Shown here: piece by piece, positions 50,105 to 62,599 of the stretch | How the letters are laid out: each line of letters starts with the position of its first letter | Position numbering within the stretch: the first letter of the stretch is position 1 | Assembly (NCBI GenBank): GCA_951406725.2 | Contig: OX597815.1 | Span: forward strand, 100,626,001 to 100,690,000 | Source of the DNA: Octopus vulgaris | Lineage: Eukaryota | Direction of reading: 5' to 3' | DNA: 64,000 bases | The notes under the pieces: model-generated | Databases searched by the model: none | What the model saw: only the letters and a program-made list of their open reading frames with translations | What the model was told of the DNA's origin: nothing | Position numbers and translations under genes: made by a program

Positions 50105-50446
50105 AGAAATAAGACAATGGAAGTAATATATGGATGTTTGTAAGATGGAGCAATGAACAATGTTGAAAAGAGGTTAGTGCCATGAGCTCACAACACGGTT
50201 TCAATTCTCTGCTGAACTATTTTAATTTACTTAATCTTCCTTTCAGGAAAAGAAAAGAACTCCACAACTTTACAATTCTTCTCCCTAGTCAAACCCAGAC
50301 CAGATACGTTTTACTCTCTATTACACTGTCACTCCTTTTACTGTCCTAATCAATCTGTTTCCAACACCATACTCTTACTCACCTTTTTTTCACTCACCCT
50401 TTGCCATTGTTATCTCTCTATTTACCTCCTCAGCCACAAACACAGA
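49542..50446. repeat. Near-perfect inverted repeat: arms 49542-49849 and 50138-50446, 288-bp spacer
   Basis: Base-by-base reading shows ~3 substitutions and 1 indel over ~308 bp. Confidence 0.95.
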
Positions 50447-50811
50447 GTAAATAACACATTTGAATGATGATGACTAAACTTATGGTGTATAAGTCAATCC
50501 CACTAAATACCTACCAAGAACATTCTATAAAGTAATTGGTATTAGGAAGGGCAACCAGAATAGAAACCAAGCTGAAAAATGAAACATTTTAATGAGACAT
50601 GGTCCTCTGTCCTTTCAAAGAGAGCAACACCTCTGAATAACTAACTTGGACTGTGATGACCTCTCCAACTCATCAACCCATGCCAATATGAAAAGTAGAT
50701 ATATGATACAATGTGTGTGTGTGTGTGTGTAACATGTACAATAAATGGTTATGATGATGATGATATATAAAATGCAAGAAAATCCTACACAGGTGTGAGA
50801 ACATAACATAC

Positions 50812-50958
50812 CTTGGTACCACTATCAGCAGATACTCCTCTCAACCAATTCTGCACAAGAAATGTTTGAGCTATCATCACACAAAATCCCTGATGTGATT
50901 CACAATCTTGTAAATTCTTGATGATTTGCACTGCCATCTCACAAGAGATCTTTGAACA
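50812..50958 (-). CDS. ZNF292-like coding exon
   Basis: ttttcAG|TGT...AAG|gtatgt; 147 nt; CSKISCEMAVQIIKNLQDCESHQGFCVMIAQTFLVQNWL, comparable to ZNF292 ISEVDCKDALEMICNLESE...LCTAFLSRQL. Confidence 0.85.
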
Positions 50959-52168
50959 CTGAAAAGAAGAAAGGGGAAAAAAACATGAGGAGAAAAACAG
51001 TGTATGTCTTTCAAAGATCAAAGAATTTGATTTTAATAAACTAAATAATCAAGGAAGGAAAGAAGGTGCAGTGTAACAAAGAAAGGAAAGTATGAAAATT
51101 AGATGTGGTGAAGAATTACATGAATAATTAACTGTTGCAAAAATTTCTCTTAAATAAGAAAAAGGACAGAGAAACCCAAAATCAAAACCACTTAAGAATA
51201 TGATCAATATTTTCTATAAACTTCATGTATTCACTATGGGCCCCAAGATCTAATTAATGTTTTTTTGTTCGACAGAATGTATCTTCACATCAAGAGTGAT
51301 ATGTGCTGTTACTGATATGACTGACTGAAGCAAGAAGACCTACTGACATTAGAGTGTGTTTATGCTACTGTCAAACTTGATGCTGTGTGAATCTCTGCAC
51401 ATCTTATCACTGCAATTGTTTCTTTTCACAGTCACACTGTTCTCAAATTCCTTGTCTTTGCTGGTATTTTTTTATGCCTTTTCAATTTTTTTCAAATTTA
51501 ATAAATGTTTAATACAGCTTTTCACACTTTCTCATGAGAGGCCTTTAGAGTTTGGGGACCCTATTATTCTGTGTGTGAGAGAGAGTATTATACTGACTGA
51601 ATATATTTTTCAGTGGTAGTAAAGATAAACTCATTTGGTGTCTTTGATAGATTTTATTTTTCTCAAAAGTTTGATATTTGAAACTAAGATGGAATAGATA
51701 TTTGAAAATAATGAATATTGTCAAAGTGGAATAAATATGACTGCAAATTGAAAACAAGTACCTCATTAAAGTAATGTGCTTTCCTTAAATATTGCAGAAA
51801 ATTAACAATACTGTAAACCTAACAGAAAAAAACATGAAGATAATTTACATTTCTAATTGCTTATTGATCACATGTACTAGTTAACCACTGACTTCTGGCC
51901 TAGTTTCACCAATATAATGCTCAGAGATATAAAATTTCTTCCAGTTTTCTAGAAAAAGTCATTGAAACTAAACTAATAATGATGGCTTTATGTATTTAAC
52001 TAATGCCAATATAAAACAAAACTGACAGATGTCAGAGATTTTGAGAGAGTTTTCACAATTTTCCAATTACAAAGGATTCATTCATAAACTATGACAATTT
52101 TACTAATTCATCATCATCAATAATAAATATACAGAAAAGTTAAACAACAAATATATTTTTCAGCTTAC

Positions 52169-52371
52169 ATCCTCTTGTAGTTTTTCTACATTTGCAGAAC
52201 GGTAAAGCATTAAAAGTTGAGTCTCACGCAACTGTACATTGTCAGCAAGTTCAGGATGAAGAAAACACCATCTACAAAGATTCATGGCAAATTCTTCACA
52301 ATTTTCATCTAACAGCATCTCAACTCGGACTTTTAGCACCATGGGGTCTTCTTCAGCAAAGTATTCCATTA
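52169..52371 (-). CDS. ZNF292-like coding exon
   Basis: ccttAG|TA...GAT|gtaagc; 203 nt; VMEYFAEEDPMVLKVRVEMLL...CFLHPEL...KLQED, comparable to ZNF292 VNEFLAFEGPILLDMRIKHLI...CSDHPEI...KLIEE. Confidence 0.88.
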
Positions 52372-52832
52372 CTAAGGAAAAGGAAAAAATTATGAGACCC
52401 AATGGCATTTAACTTTGGAATATTTTTATAATTAAAATGTTGTCCAGACATTCCAATAGAGATAATTCTTATTGAAATTTAAATCAAGTTTTTTTTAATA
52501 TATTAAAAGCAAATTTTATACAAAACAATATCTAATATTTTTTGAATTGATAAAAAGTTTAAGTTTAATGTTGGACAAAAAGTCTTAATTTATATACAAT
52601 TTCTGAAATTGTAAAGTTATATTGCATAAAAAAATAGTTTTTGAATTTCTTTTGCGATTTTAATTTATTTTGTGTTTAAAGAGATTTAAAATCATTTTAC
52701 AAAAATATTGATTGCATATCCAAAATTTAAATTGGAATGCAAATTCTAAAATGTGAATGAAAAAGACAGTTTATCAAATGGTACAAAATATGGCAACAAC
52801 TTCTGAGATGACTGATTGATACATAAATTTAC

Positions 52833-53053
52833 CTTCACTTTCTTCAAGATCATCAGCACCAGCCATGATCCTGCTAAGAGTTGGATGATCCCAGTGGGTC
52901 TCCATCAGTTTCTTAATCAGCTGGAATTTACCATAATTGAACCGCTCCAGTTGTGTGTGGACAGCATCCACAGTTTCTCGGAACTTCTGCCGACATGTAT
53001 TTTCATTAGATAATTCTCTCCACTTGACATCCAATACTGCTTTAATACATAGT
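52833..53053 (-). CDS. ZNF292-like coding exon
   Basis: tttcAG|A...G|gtaaat; 221 nt; LCIKAVLDVKW...QKFRETVDAVHTQL...WDHPTLSRIM, comparable to ZNF292 EQFQTLVQVAHEKL...WKNPVLCTIL. Confidence 0.85.
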
Positions 53054-53818
53054 CTGAAATAAAGGAGAAGCTAAATGAGTTTAGGAATACAGTTTGGAAA
53101 TATTCAGCCTCTTATACTATAATCCAGTGAATCAGCAGTTCTCTTGATTAAATTGGAAACTTATTCAATGAGATTGGTGTTAAAGAGGCTGAATATTTTA
53201 CAGACACTTCTACATCTTAATGTTTAAGCAGAATCATCATGATACTGTTTAACAAGGCTGGACCATTTGATTACAGGTATAGTCAATTTACTGGGTTTCT
53301 ATAGTTTCCTATCTTTCAAATTTTATTCACAAAATATGGGTTGACCTCAGATTAGGGTAAAAAAAAAAAGAAAAGAAAAAGAAAGAAAAACCTCCCCAAA
53401 ACAACTAACTCTTTCCAAAGCAGTGAGGGGCAAATCTGGAACATTGTGCAAATTTTATTACTTGGCTCTGTTACTATCTACAAAGAAATATAAACGAATT
53501 GAGGTATATGAAACAGTATATCTCCAATCACCTCTTATTATCCTCTGTAAGGCCTAGCAGTTTTAATTGGGATCTGTTTTGCTGCAACACTTTATTACAC
53601 CATCCATTTACAACTAACATCCTGAGTATTGCAGTTATCTTCCCCTTGTACCATATACTTGCATCAGACATATCCAAAATAAGTGCAGTCATTTTTCCAG
53701 GATACCTCTGCTAGGCTTATATGCATACATAATAAATACACCTTCTTACAACATATTTCCACAACCATAAACATTACACTACTGATTCATGCATCATGTC
53801 TTTGAGAGAGAGAGAGAG

Positions 53819-53862
<44 letters not shown>

Positions 53863-54064
53863 TGTAAATAATGATAGTGAATCACCAGCCTTGTGTGCAT
53901 ATGTGTGTATGTGCACATCTATTTTAACTAGTAGAAGGTTACAAGAGTGACTAGAGGGCCAAGAATTTTGTGCATGGCACTTATCAAACTGGCCAGTTTG
54001 AAAAGTACCATGCACAAAACCCTTGGTCTTCAAGTTACATTTCTAACTTTTTGCCAATTTATAA

Positions 54065-54106
<42 letters not shown>

Positions 54107-54744
54107 TCAGAAGCTCATGTATTGAGTTCTATATATACTGTTCATTCCAATACCAACAAACAGGTGCAGACAGACAGCTAAAATGCACCCATTTTACAGT
54201 TTTAAATTCAGGTCACAGGATATCACAGTCCCCTATTCAACAATTAATTAATCTGCTTAACAGAATCTAACTATTTTCAAGAAATCTTCTAAATAGTCCA
54301 TGATGTCTGTTGATTGCTAACACTGTTTGACTGTGCCAAATGCCACAGATGAAATAAAGAATATATTACTAAGCTTCATTGCACTGTTTAGCATATAGCT
54401 AAATGAACTGAAAGCTCAGGCTCACCTCATTCAATAGTTTATTTGTATTTGTTGGCCTAAAGATGTTTACTTGAGTTGTTTTTGCTAAACACTTTCAACA
54501 AAACTGCCCACTTTTGTTCTGTACCTTGGTGTAAGCTTGAACTGAATATTAGCAATCCTGAACATTTTATTCTACCATTTTCAAAAAGTGGTAGAAAGTA
54601 GAATCAGTAGAGTGGAAGATAAAATGCTTAATGGGATTTAATTTTTGCCTTTCATCTTTCTAGTGTTGCTAAAAACAAATGCCAGTCAAATATTGCAAGT
54701 ACACCAACACTCATGATATTAAATTTTGGTATACACAATATCAT

Positions 54745-55270
54745 CATTGACCAGGGTTGGCAAGATGGAAGGCTGCACCAGACTCCAGTCTGATTTGGCA
54801 ATGTTTCTACAGCTGGATGCCCTTCCTAACACCAACCACTCCGAGGATGTAATGGGTGCTTTTACATGCCACTGGCATAGGTATCATTTGTGTGACACCG
54901 GTATCTGCCATCACTATGATTTTACTTGGCTTTTCAAGCACAAGATAATGCCAATGGTATCAGTCACTGCATTCGTGAAGCCCAACACTTGAAAGGAGCT
55001 TTTCACATGCCACTGGCATCAACCACTTTGCCTCTGCGAGGCCCAATGCTCGAAAAGTGCTTTTTATATGCCAGTTATGTGACACCAGCATCAGCCATGA
55101 CAACAATTTCACTTGACTTGATGGGTCTTCTCAAACACAGCACATCACCAAAGGTCTTGGTCACCAGTCATTGCTTCTATGAAGCCCAAAGTTCGAAGAT
55201 CATGCTTCACCACCTCTTCCCATGTCTTCTTAGGTCTACCTCTATCACAGGTTCCCTCCACAGTTAGAGA
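54745..55270 (-). mobile_element. RTE LINE 3' fragment (older copy)
   Basis: Homologous to 1780-2340, including the reverse-strand VEGTCDRGRPKKTWEEVVKHDLR segment. Confidence 0.75.
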
Positions 55271-55488
55271 TCAGCACACCCCTTATTCCTTTCTTGGTTG
55301 TCAGACTACTTAAAAAATTCTGGTCTTTGAAAAATTTATGTTATCAAGAATGACAAAATAATACCTTAGTATCTTTGAGTTAAATTTACTTATGACTAAA
55401 CAGTGGTTACTGCAGTTGAAACAATGTTACACTGGTAATAGCAAAACAGAATAAAAGAATTAAGAAGACTTAAATGTAAAATATTTAC

Positions 55489-55634
55489 CTAAATAATTGC
55501 TGACAAATTTTCTCTTTGGAATCATAAACTGCCAGCTCTCCATAGCTGGCAGCATAGTGGCAGAGGAAAATACACAGGGAGAAAACATACTCTTCATAGC
55601 TGTCGTTGTGTTTGTCTAGAAACTTTTGTAAGAT
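55489..55634 (-). CDS. ZNF292-like coding exon (most 5' confidently placed)
   Basis: ttttcacAG|ATC...AG|gtaaat; 146 nt, open (ILQKFLDKHNDSYEEYVFSLCIFLCHYAASYGEL...CQQLF). Phase 2 matches the next exon. Confidence 0.7.
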
Positions 55635-56895
55635 CTGTGAAAAATGTTAAAAAAAGTTATACAGATTATTAATAAAAAAGTAAAATAACAAAGCAAACAA
55701 AAGCTTATATGATAAATATATCTTGAATTACAGCACCTTGATCATTAATGACCAATGTAAGTTTCAAAACAAAACATCCTCTTAAAGCATCTTGTATGTA
55801 ATACACAAATGGGCTCCAGTCTTAGAAAAAATTACAATGAAACCAAACTTACTGCACCAACAAAACTCCATGCTAAACATTTGCTAGTGGTGACATCAAT
55901 AGTCTTTCTAACTGCCCATCTCAAATATCTTCCAAAGTATTAGTCATTTATCAAACTATCTCTCTTTTTCACAAAACCCAAACATTCCTTTACTAACTAC
56001 ATTACAGTCCATAGTTTGTTTTTAAATCCTACAAACTGTCCTCTGCAAACATCAACATTTTTTTCTTACCAAACACCCACTTCTTTACAAGATTTCCAAA
56101 TATGACCTAATACTTCAAGGTAACAACATTTAAATGTTACAAACATTTGTTTTACATCACAGTTCAGAGCTTACAGTTTCTAAGAATTCTAGTCTCTTTC
56201 AGTCTAGATCTCTTAAAACTAGGCATCTTCATGGTCACTGCTAGAAGTGTCATCTTAATGCTGTCATGGCTAGATGTAAAGAATACTTTGCTTTCTCTTC
56301 AGTGTTTTAGACCTGAATAGATTTGATAGTATAAGGTTCTAAATACACTTTATACTTTACTGTTAACTACTATTTCTATATCTAATGGCACTACTCTTTC
56401 TTTGAATACTGGTGTCCGTCCTAACTAAATTTACAAACTGTCCTTTGTAGAAAATCCTCAGATGTTAATCTATTATTGTTTAATTGTTCTTAAAGTCGCA
56501 TTTCATCATTTACACAGACACTAAACCCAAATCTTGTCCACTCCTCTTTATTTCTCTCCACTTATACTATATTACTTTCTCTAAACCTTGCATCAAATAT
56601 TTTATTCACATTCTTTCATTATAAGAACTGCAAGATTGTTGTTGTTATCTAACCCAGACAGCCTTGACTGAACAGAGCCAGTGATTAAAGGCATTACACT
56701 ACTGAATGTGCCCTTCCTTTTTCAAGATGGAGGGATGTAATTTGAGGAAGATTTGGTGACCATTTTTAGCAAGTCATGCAATTATGTAGAGTCCCTCATT
56801 GGCTAAACTATCCATATAGTAGAAACCCAAGCTACTATATGAAATCTTAAAATTTTTTAAATCATACAAATCTCCCACACATACCCAACAGAAAC

Positions 56896-56994
56896 CTTAC
56901 AAACTTTGCTGCAATTTCTTCCCAGACAGAATGGCAAAAAGAAAATACAAATATTTTGTTGGAAAAATGTAGCAGATATTTTGAAAAGACCCAT
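56896..56994 (-). CDS. Possible start-codon exon of the ZNF292-like gene
   Basis: ATG...RNCSKVCK|gtttct, phase 0. The junction CSKVCK|ILQKFLDKH loosely mirrors ZNF292 CQQLCQ|TLLEYAEKW. The rest is unconvincing. Confidence 0.25.
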
Positions 56995-57474
56995 TTGGTC
57001 AAACGGATTCTCACTGCTGATGTCCTTATATCTTATTGTCTTTAACCTGCTTTTTTACTGCAAAATTAATAAGCTTCTTCCAATATCTATCAGGAGTCAA
57101 TGCTACGTTAAGACATTATGAATTGCTTTCTTTTTCAACCAATATTTTAGTTTCCATCAGAGATCTTCTTTACCATATAATGAGAGATTTCAAATGTAAA
57201 TTGTCAAACCTGCATACATCCCCATTTTCCAATAAACTATTTCTAGTCTACTGGGCTATGTAACATGGAACTCAATAGGAAATAGGTTTCGTATTATTTA
57301 TGCAACTCTATGCTAAAGCAAAGTTTCAGAACTGCAATGCTTCCACAACATGGGGGATGTCTGAAATATTGAACCTTTCTCAATTGATGTGAGATGAAGG
57401 TTACAAATCAGCCTTTAAGAACAAGTGGAACAATAGTGGATCAACAATATATGAAGATGCCAGTCCCATACATA

Positions 57475-57695
57475 ATAATCCTTTCTAATATAGGCACAAG
57501 GCCTGAAGTTTTGGGAGAAGGAGATCATCGATTACATTGACCTCAATGTTCAACTGGTACTTATTTCATCAACCCTGAAAGGATGAAGTTATAATTTCAC
57601 CTTGGTGAAATTATAACTCAGAATGCAAAGACGGATGAAATTCCACAAAACATTTTGTCTGGCATGCTAACAATTCTGTCAGCTTGTCACCTTAG
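57475..57695 (-). mobile_element. SINE family A copy (reverse)
   Basis: taggcacaaggcctgaa...ctggtactt...gaaaggatgaa...ctcagaatg...ctgtcagcttgtcacctta. Confidence 0.72.
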
Positions 57696-59263
57696 CTCAT
57701 TACACAGTAATACAGTATACTGAGTTTCTGACTCACCAAATAGTAATCAATGAGCTTCTGCTCTACTGCATACCAGATACCTATTTTTATACATAAATTC
57801 ACTTGATTCTCACTTTTGATTTCATATCAAACATTTCATCCAATCCTATCTATCTATATCTCCAGCTCAATGAAAGTATCTTTCATTAACCACTTCAGTC
57901 CAGTGAAACTATCTTTTATAATCACCCAAGTCATGGGAACTACTAACCTGTCACAAACCATAATAAAGTACTCAAATTCAAATTACAAGCTTTCATCATG
58001 ATTTTATGATGAGTTTATGTTCATGTCAATAAATGGAAAAGTTATTTTGCTAAATCCATTCTGATATTTTCAAAATTAAAACAAAGTTAGAAATATAGTC
58101 AGAAAAGGGCTAATTTAATCATATGCTATCATCCCCATTCTTTAGTCTTGGATGCCTGAAAAGGCTACAAGGCATCCTTTTTCAGTGTTCCAACAATCAT
58201 ATCCAAGTTCACCTTTTAAGAACACTATCACATTCATTTGAATCATCAGCACACTAAGCTTAATTCCATATCAACTCCAGTTTTACATTTATAGAAATAG
58301 AATTCTACCATCACAAGAATATATAAAACACAACAATTACCATCAGTTATCAACATTTTATAGCATGTATCTCACATGTAACTGCAATTCTAGACTTCAT
58401 ACAAATATTTGAAGACAAAAATGACAACAGCTAAAAGAAATTTATACATAAACATATGACACTCATCTGACCAAAGTAAAGAAAATATTTATAATCAGTA
58501 CATCAGGTTTATCTTGGATGACACCAACCCTGCCTGAGATTTGATGTTTGTGTACTGTAACAATAAGCAGGTGAAAATATAGACATATTGCACTAATTTT
58601 TGGCCCCTGCTTCTTGTCTATTAATTCCCAGCCAGCATTTTTATGTTTTTAACAGATACTGCTGGATTGAATGGCACTGCCTAGGTGTTGAAAACACAAT
58701 ATCAAATGGGCAGCTGAAGATGGGATGTATACATTTGGTGTGTGTAGTTAATTGTGAACCATTTGTATTTAATATTTCTAATGACAAACAAAACCGGCTG
58801 CAGTACAGCATCTAAAACAAAAGTTGTTAATTGAAATTCTAGTTCTTGTGGGTTTAAACTTGTTTTAGAAGTTCTTGGTTTGTGGTATCTTTCTTTCTTT
58901 CTTATATATATATATATATATATTATATACCATATTGCAGGATTATCCTTCACTGGTATTTTAATTCTGGAAAGGATTATATTTGTGTACTGGTTTCTAG
59001 TTTATGGAGGTTTTGTTGCATAAATATAAACTGTAGAGTACATCAAGATGCAAGTTGTACCACAGGCATAATAAACCTTATACTATAATAAATTTAAGCC
59101 CTACTGTAAATATTGCACTATTCTTATTAACGCATCACTGTAGTTGAGCAGTTAGCATTAAGAATTAAACTTTTACTATATTATAGATAAACTGAAGTGT
59201 TTGAGTAGGCAAACAAAAAAGACCATTTGAAATATTGATAACTTCTGTTATCTACTGACAGCC

Positions 59264-59485
59264 TAAGGTGGTGAACTGGCAGAATTGGTAGCACGGTGGG
59301 CAAAATGCTTAGTGGTATTTCGTCTGTCTTTACGTTCTGAGCTCAAATTCTGCCGAGGTCCACTTTGTCTTTCATCCTTTTGGGGGTCAAGGAAAATAAA
59401 TACCCGAGGAACACTGGTGTTGGTGTCACTGACTTATCCCCTCCCCAGAAATTGCTGGCTTTGAACCAAAATTTAAAATCAATAT
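59264..59485 (+). mobile_element. SINE family A copy
   Basis: taaggtggtgaactggcagaattggtagc...gagctcaaattctgccgaggtc...ctttcatcc. Confidence 0.75.
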
Positions 59486-60825
59486 TAAACATAGACTAAT
59501 GAGCTCACAGATTAGAAACCACTGGAATAGAGTGCACAAAGAGTTGAAATACAGCATTCAACCTAAACATTTAAAACAATGATGCTAACAGTGTTGTTGC
59601 TAATGATGAAAGAACACAATAAAGCAAAACAGTAGAAACAAGATAGGTTTTGTGCAACCAAAAATTACTAAAATAGTTCAGTGGAATATGCTGTATGCTG
59701 TGAGGAAGAAGTCTAGTATTTTGGACTCTTGTCCTTATACAGAAAAAGAGAGTAAAATTGGACGCAAAAGCACAAACCAATACAGCATCCTACACACTCA
59801 CACACAGTATCCCTCCTACAACACATATACAACAAATACACCACGAAGTTACTACACACAAACACACAACTATAAAATACAGGGAAGAGAAAATAGAAAA
59901 CAAATTGATTATTAAAATTAATTATAAAGGCAGACAATAGCCATAGCTTAGCTTTATTTACTGTATAGAAGTATAAAAGGCCAAATATAAAAACAATGTC
60001 TCATGGCTTATAATTAATATTTTCTATTAATTAACCAGGTATAGCGAAATTCATAAAAAAAAGCAAAAAAATTAACATAAAATTACATGATGCTGTGAAT
60101 GAACTGAAATTCTTCCATACCAAATCAATGTCTTCACTAAATTATAGATTTCAACAAGTCAATGGCAATGAATTATGTATTACTGACTTGAGCCTTCTAT
60201 AAGTATCAGATTATCTGAAACCCAAAATTTTTAGGGATGTTTGACTTTTCTCCAAAATATGTGAACAAATATCTGTTTTAAATTTTACTGTATATCAACA
60301 TAGCTCTCTCAATAACATCTTGAATTTTCAAATTTAGGGGTACTGAACCTAATATACAACCTGATCTTCAAGTGCTTTTAGTAGAATTCGCTCATGGGGT
60401 CTGCCCCTCCTCCCATGATTAATTCATTAAAAAAAAAATGAAAAAATATTTAGCAATAATTTGAAAGATCGGTCATTAGGTTCATTCAGAATTTAAAATA
60501 TTTGCTATTTCAATAGACATGATTTCATAATTCCAATATGAAATGTTACTCTTTCAACTTTATACAGATCTCTATTTAACAAGATCTATTAAAGGTCCTT
60601 CATCAAATTGCATTTCCTTTAATACCCAGTAACAAACATCAGCTTCCCCATATCAATAACACAACCAAATCGCAGAAATATAAATAAAATTCACATTTTA
60701 CACCATGCATCTTTGGTTGATAAGCACTATTTTGACAGGAAAAAAAAAAAAGAGGGGCTATCAGATAGGAGTTTATCTAAGTATCAAATTAAATTTTTTT
60801 AGGTAATCTTTTTTAATCAAACAGT

Positions 60826-61517
60826 ATCATCATCATCATTTAGCATCTGCTGTCCATGCTGGCATGGGTTGGACGGTTTGACTAGGGCCGGTAAGCTGAG
60901 AGGCTGCACCAAGCTCCAGTTGGATTTGGCATGATTTCTACAGTTGGATGCTCTTCCTAATGCCAACCACTCTGAGAGTGTATGAAAACCCCTCACATAT
61001 ATTCGATAAGAAGTAATAGTACTCAGGACACTCTAGTCCCATTTATTTCAAACATGCAACAACTTCTAATTTCCTTTAAAAATATTTTTAACAGAAGTTT
61101 TCAGAGAGGGAATAAGTCGATTAAATTGACCCTAGTTTTTGACTGGTATTTAAAAAATTTTTTTTATAGACCAATAGTAGGATGAAAGGCAAAGCTGACT
61201 TCAGTGGGATTTAATCTCGGAATATAAAAGCCAAATAGCTACTGTAAAAACATTTTCCTAAAGTTCTTGTGATTCTACCAATCCACCACTCAACATAATA
61301 ATAATCCTTTTTACTAAAGGTGCAAGACCTGAATTATGGGGGAGCGGGGCTAGTTGATTATATTGACTCCAGTGTTTCACTGGTACTTAATTTATCGAAC
61401 CCAAAAGGATGAAAGGTAATGTCAACCTCAGCAGAATTTGAATTCAGAACGTAAGAACGGACGAAATGCTGCTAAGCATTTTGCCTGGCGTGCTAACAAT
61501 TCTGTCAGCTCACCACC

Positions 61518-61558
<41 letters not shown>

Positions 61559-61640
61559 CCTTTGTGTTATAGGCACAAGGCATGAAATTTTGTGGAGAGG
61601 GGGCAAGCCGATTACATTTTATCAAGCCCTGAGGAAAAGA
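60826..61640 (-). mobile_element. Cluster: RTE-tail fragment (60826-60982) plus tandem SINE-A copies with (TAA)n tails
   Basis: Repeated family motifs; (AAT)n run at 61518-61557. Confidence 0.7.
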
Positions 61641-62523
61641 GGTGGGCAAGACCTCCTGTCCACCTCCCAAAAACCACCCTTTTTTTTTTACATTTTTTTT
61701 TTCAACACAACCTCCCCCACTTTTCTGCAACGGGGAATACCAATTGGCAAAAATTGGCATTTTTAAATTATCACCCCCACTTCCTTCGTTTTTTACATTT
61801 TTTCAGATTGTTCTTTTAAATATGCAGAAAAATACGGAGATTATGATTCTGAAACCAAAATTTCCAAAAGTTTTTGTAAAATTTAAAAAAAAATTTTTTT
61901 TTTTTTTCCTGTAGTTACAGTTAGGGTCAGGGTTTTAGGGTTAGGGTTGGAGTTTTTAGGGTTAGTGTTGGGGAACAAAGTCAAAATTTACGAATTTTTT
62001 TAGTGGGGGGAATTTTACAATGCCGATTTTTGGCAATTTTCTGGAACCTCCGTATCCGAAAACGGGGTTTTTTGGCAAAAAAATAAAAAATAAAAAAAAT
62101 TTGTAAGAAAATGGGGGTGGGGGAGGAAAGTCTTTCCAAAAGGTGAAGTCAACTTCGGTGGAAACTGAGCTTCGAATGTAAAAATTAGATGGAGGAAAAA
62201 AATGTAAATAAAAAGGGTTTCTAAATTTAGGTGCACAAGGCCAGCGACCTCTTTGAATAATAAATGTATATTAAAACAAAGAAATCCAGAAAAGATGAGC
62301 CCTCAAAATTGATATCGCTGAAATATTTTGTGCTAAAAAAAAAACTTTCCGGAACAGTTCTCTCGCAGTTGAATTTCAGAGACGATAGAATAGCGTAGTT
62401 ATTTTCATAAAATCTGAAAAAGTCACCACAACAAACTAAAGATACAGGATTGATGTATCATCGTTCATCATCGTTTAACGTCCGCTTTCCATATATATAT
62501 ATGTGTGTGTGTGTGTGCGTGTA

Positions 62524-62588
<65 letters not shown>

Positions 62589-62599
62589 AATCCATGATT

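Noticed and set aside
57737-57780. Possible 44-nt micro-exon with a strong GTGAGT donor
   Set aside because: Weak acceptor, no recognisable homology, and not phase-compatible with the candidate upstream exon.
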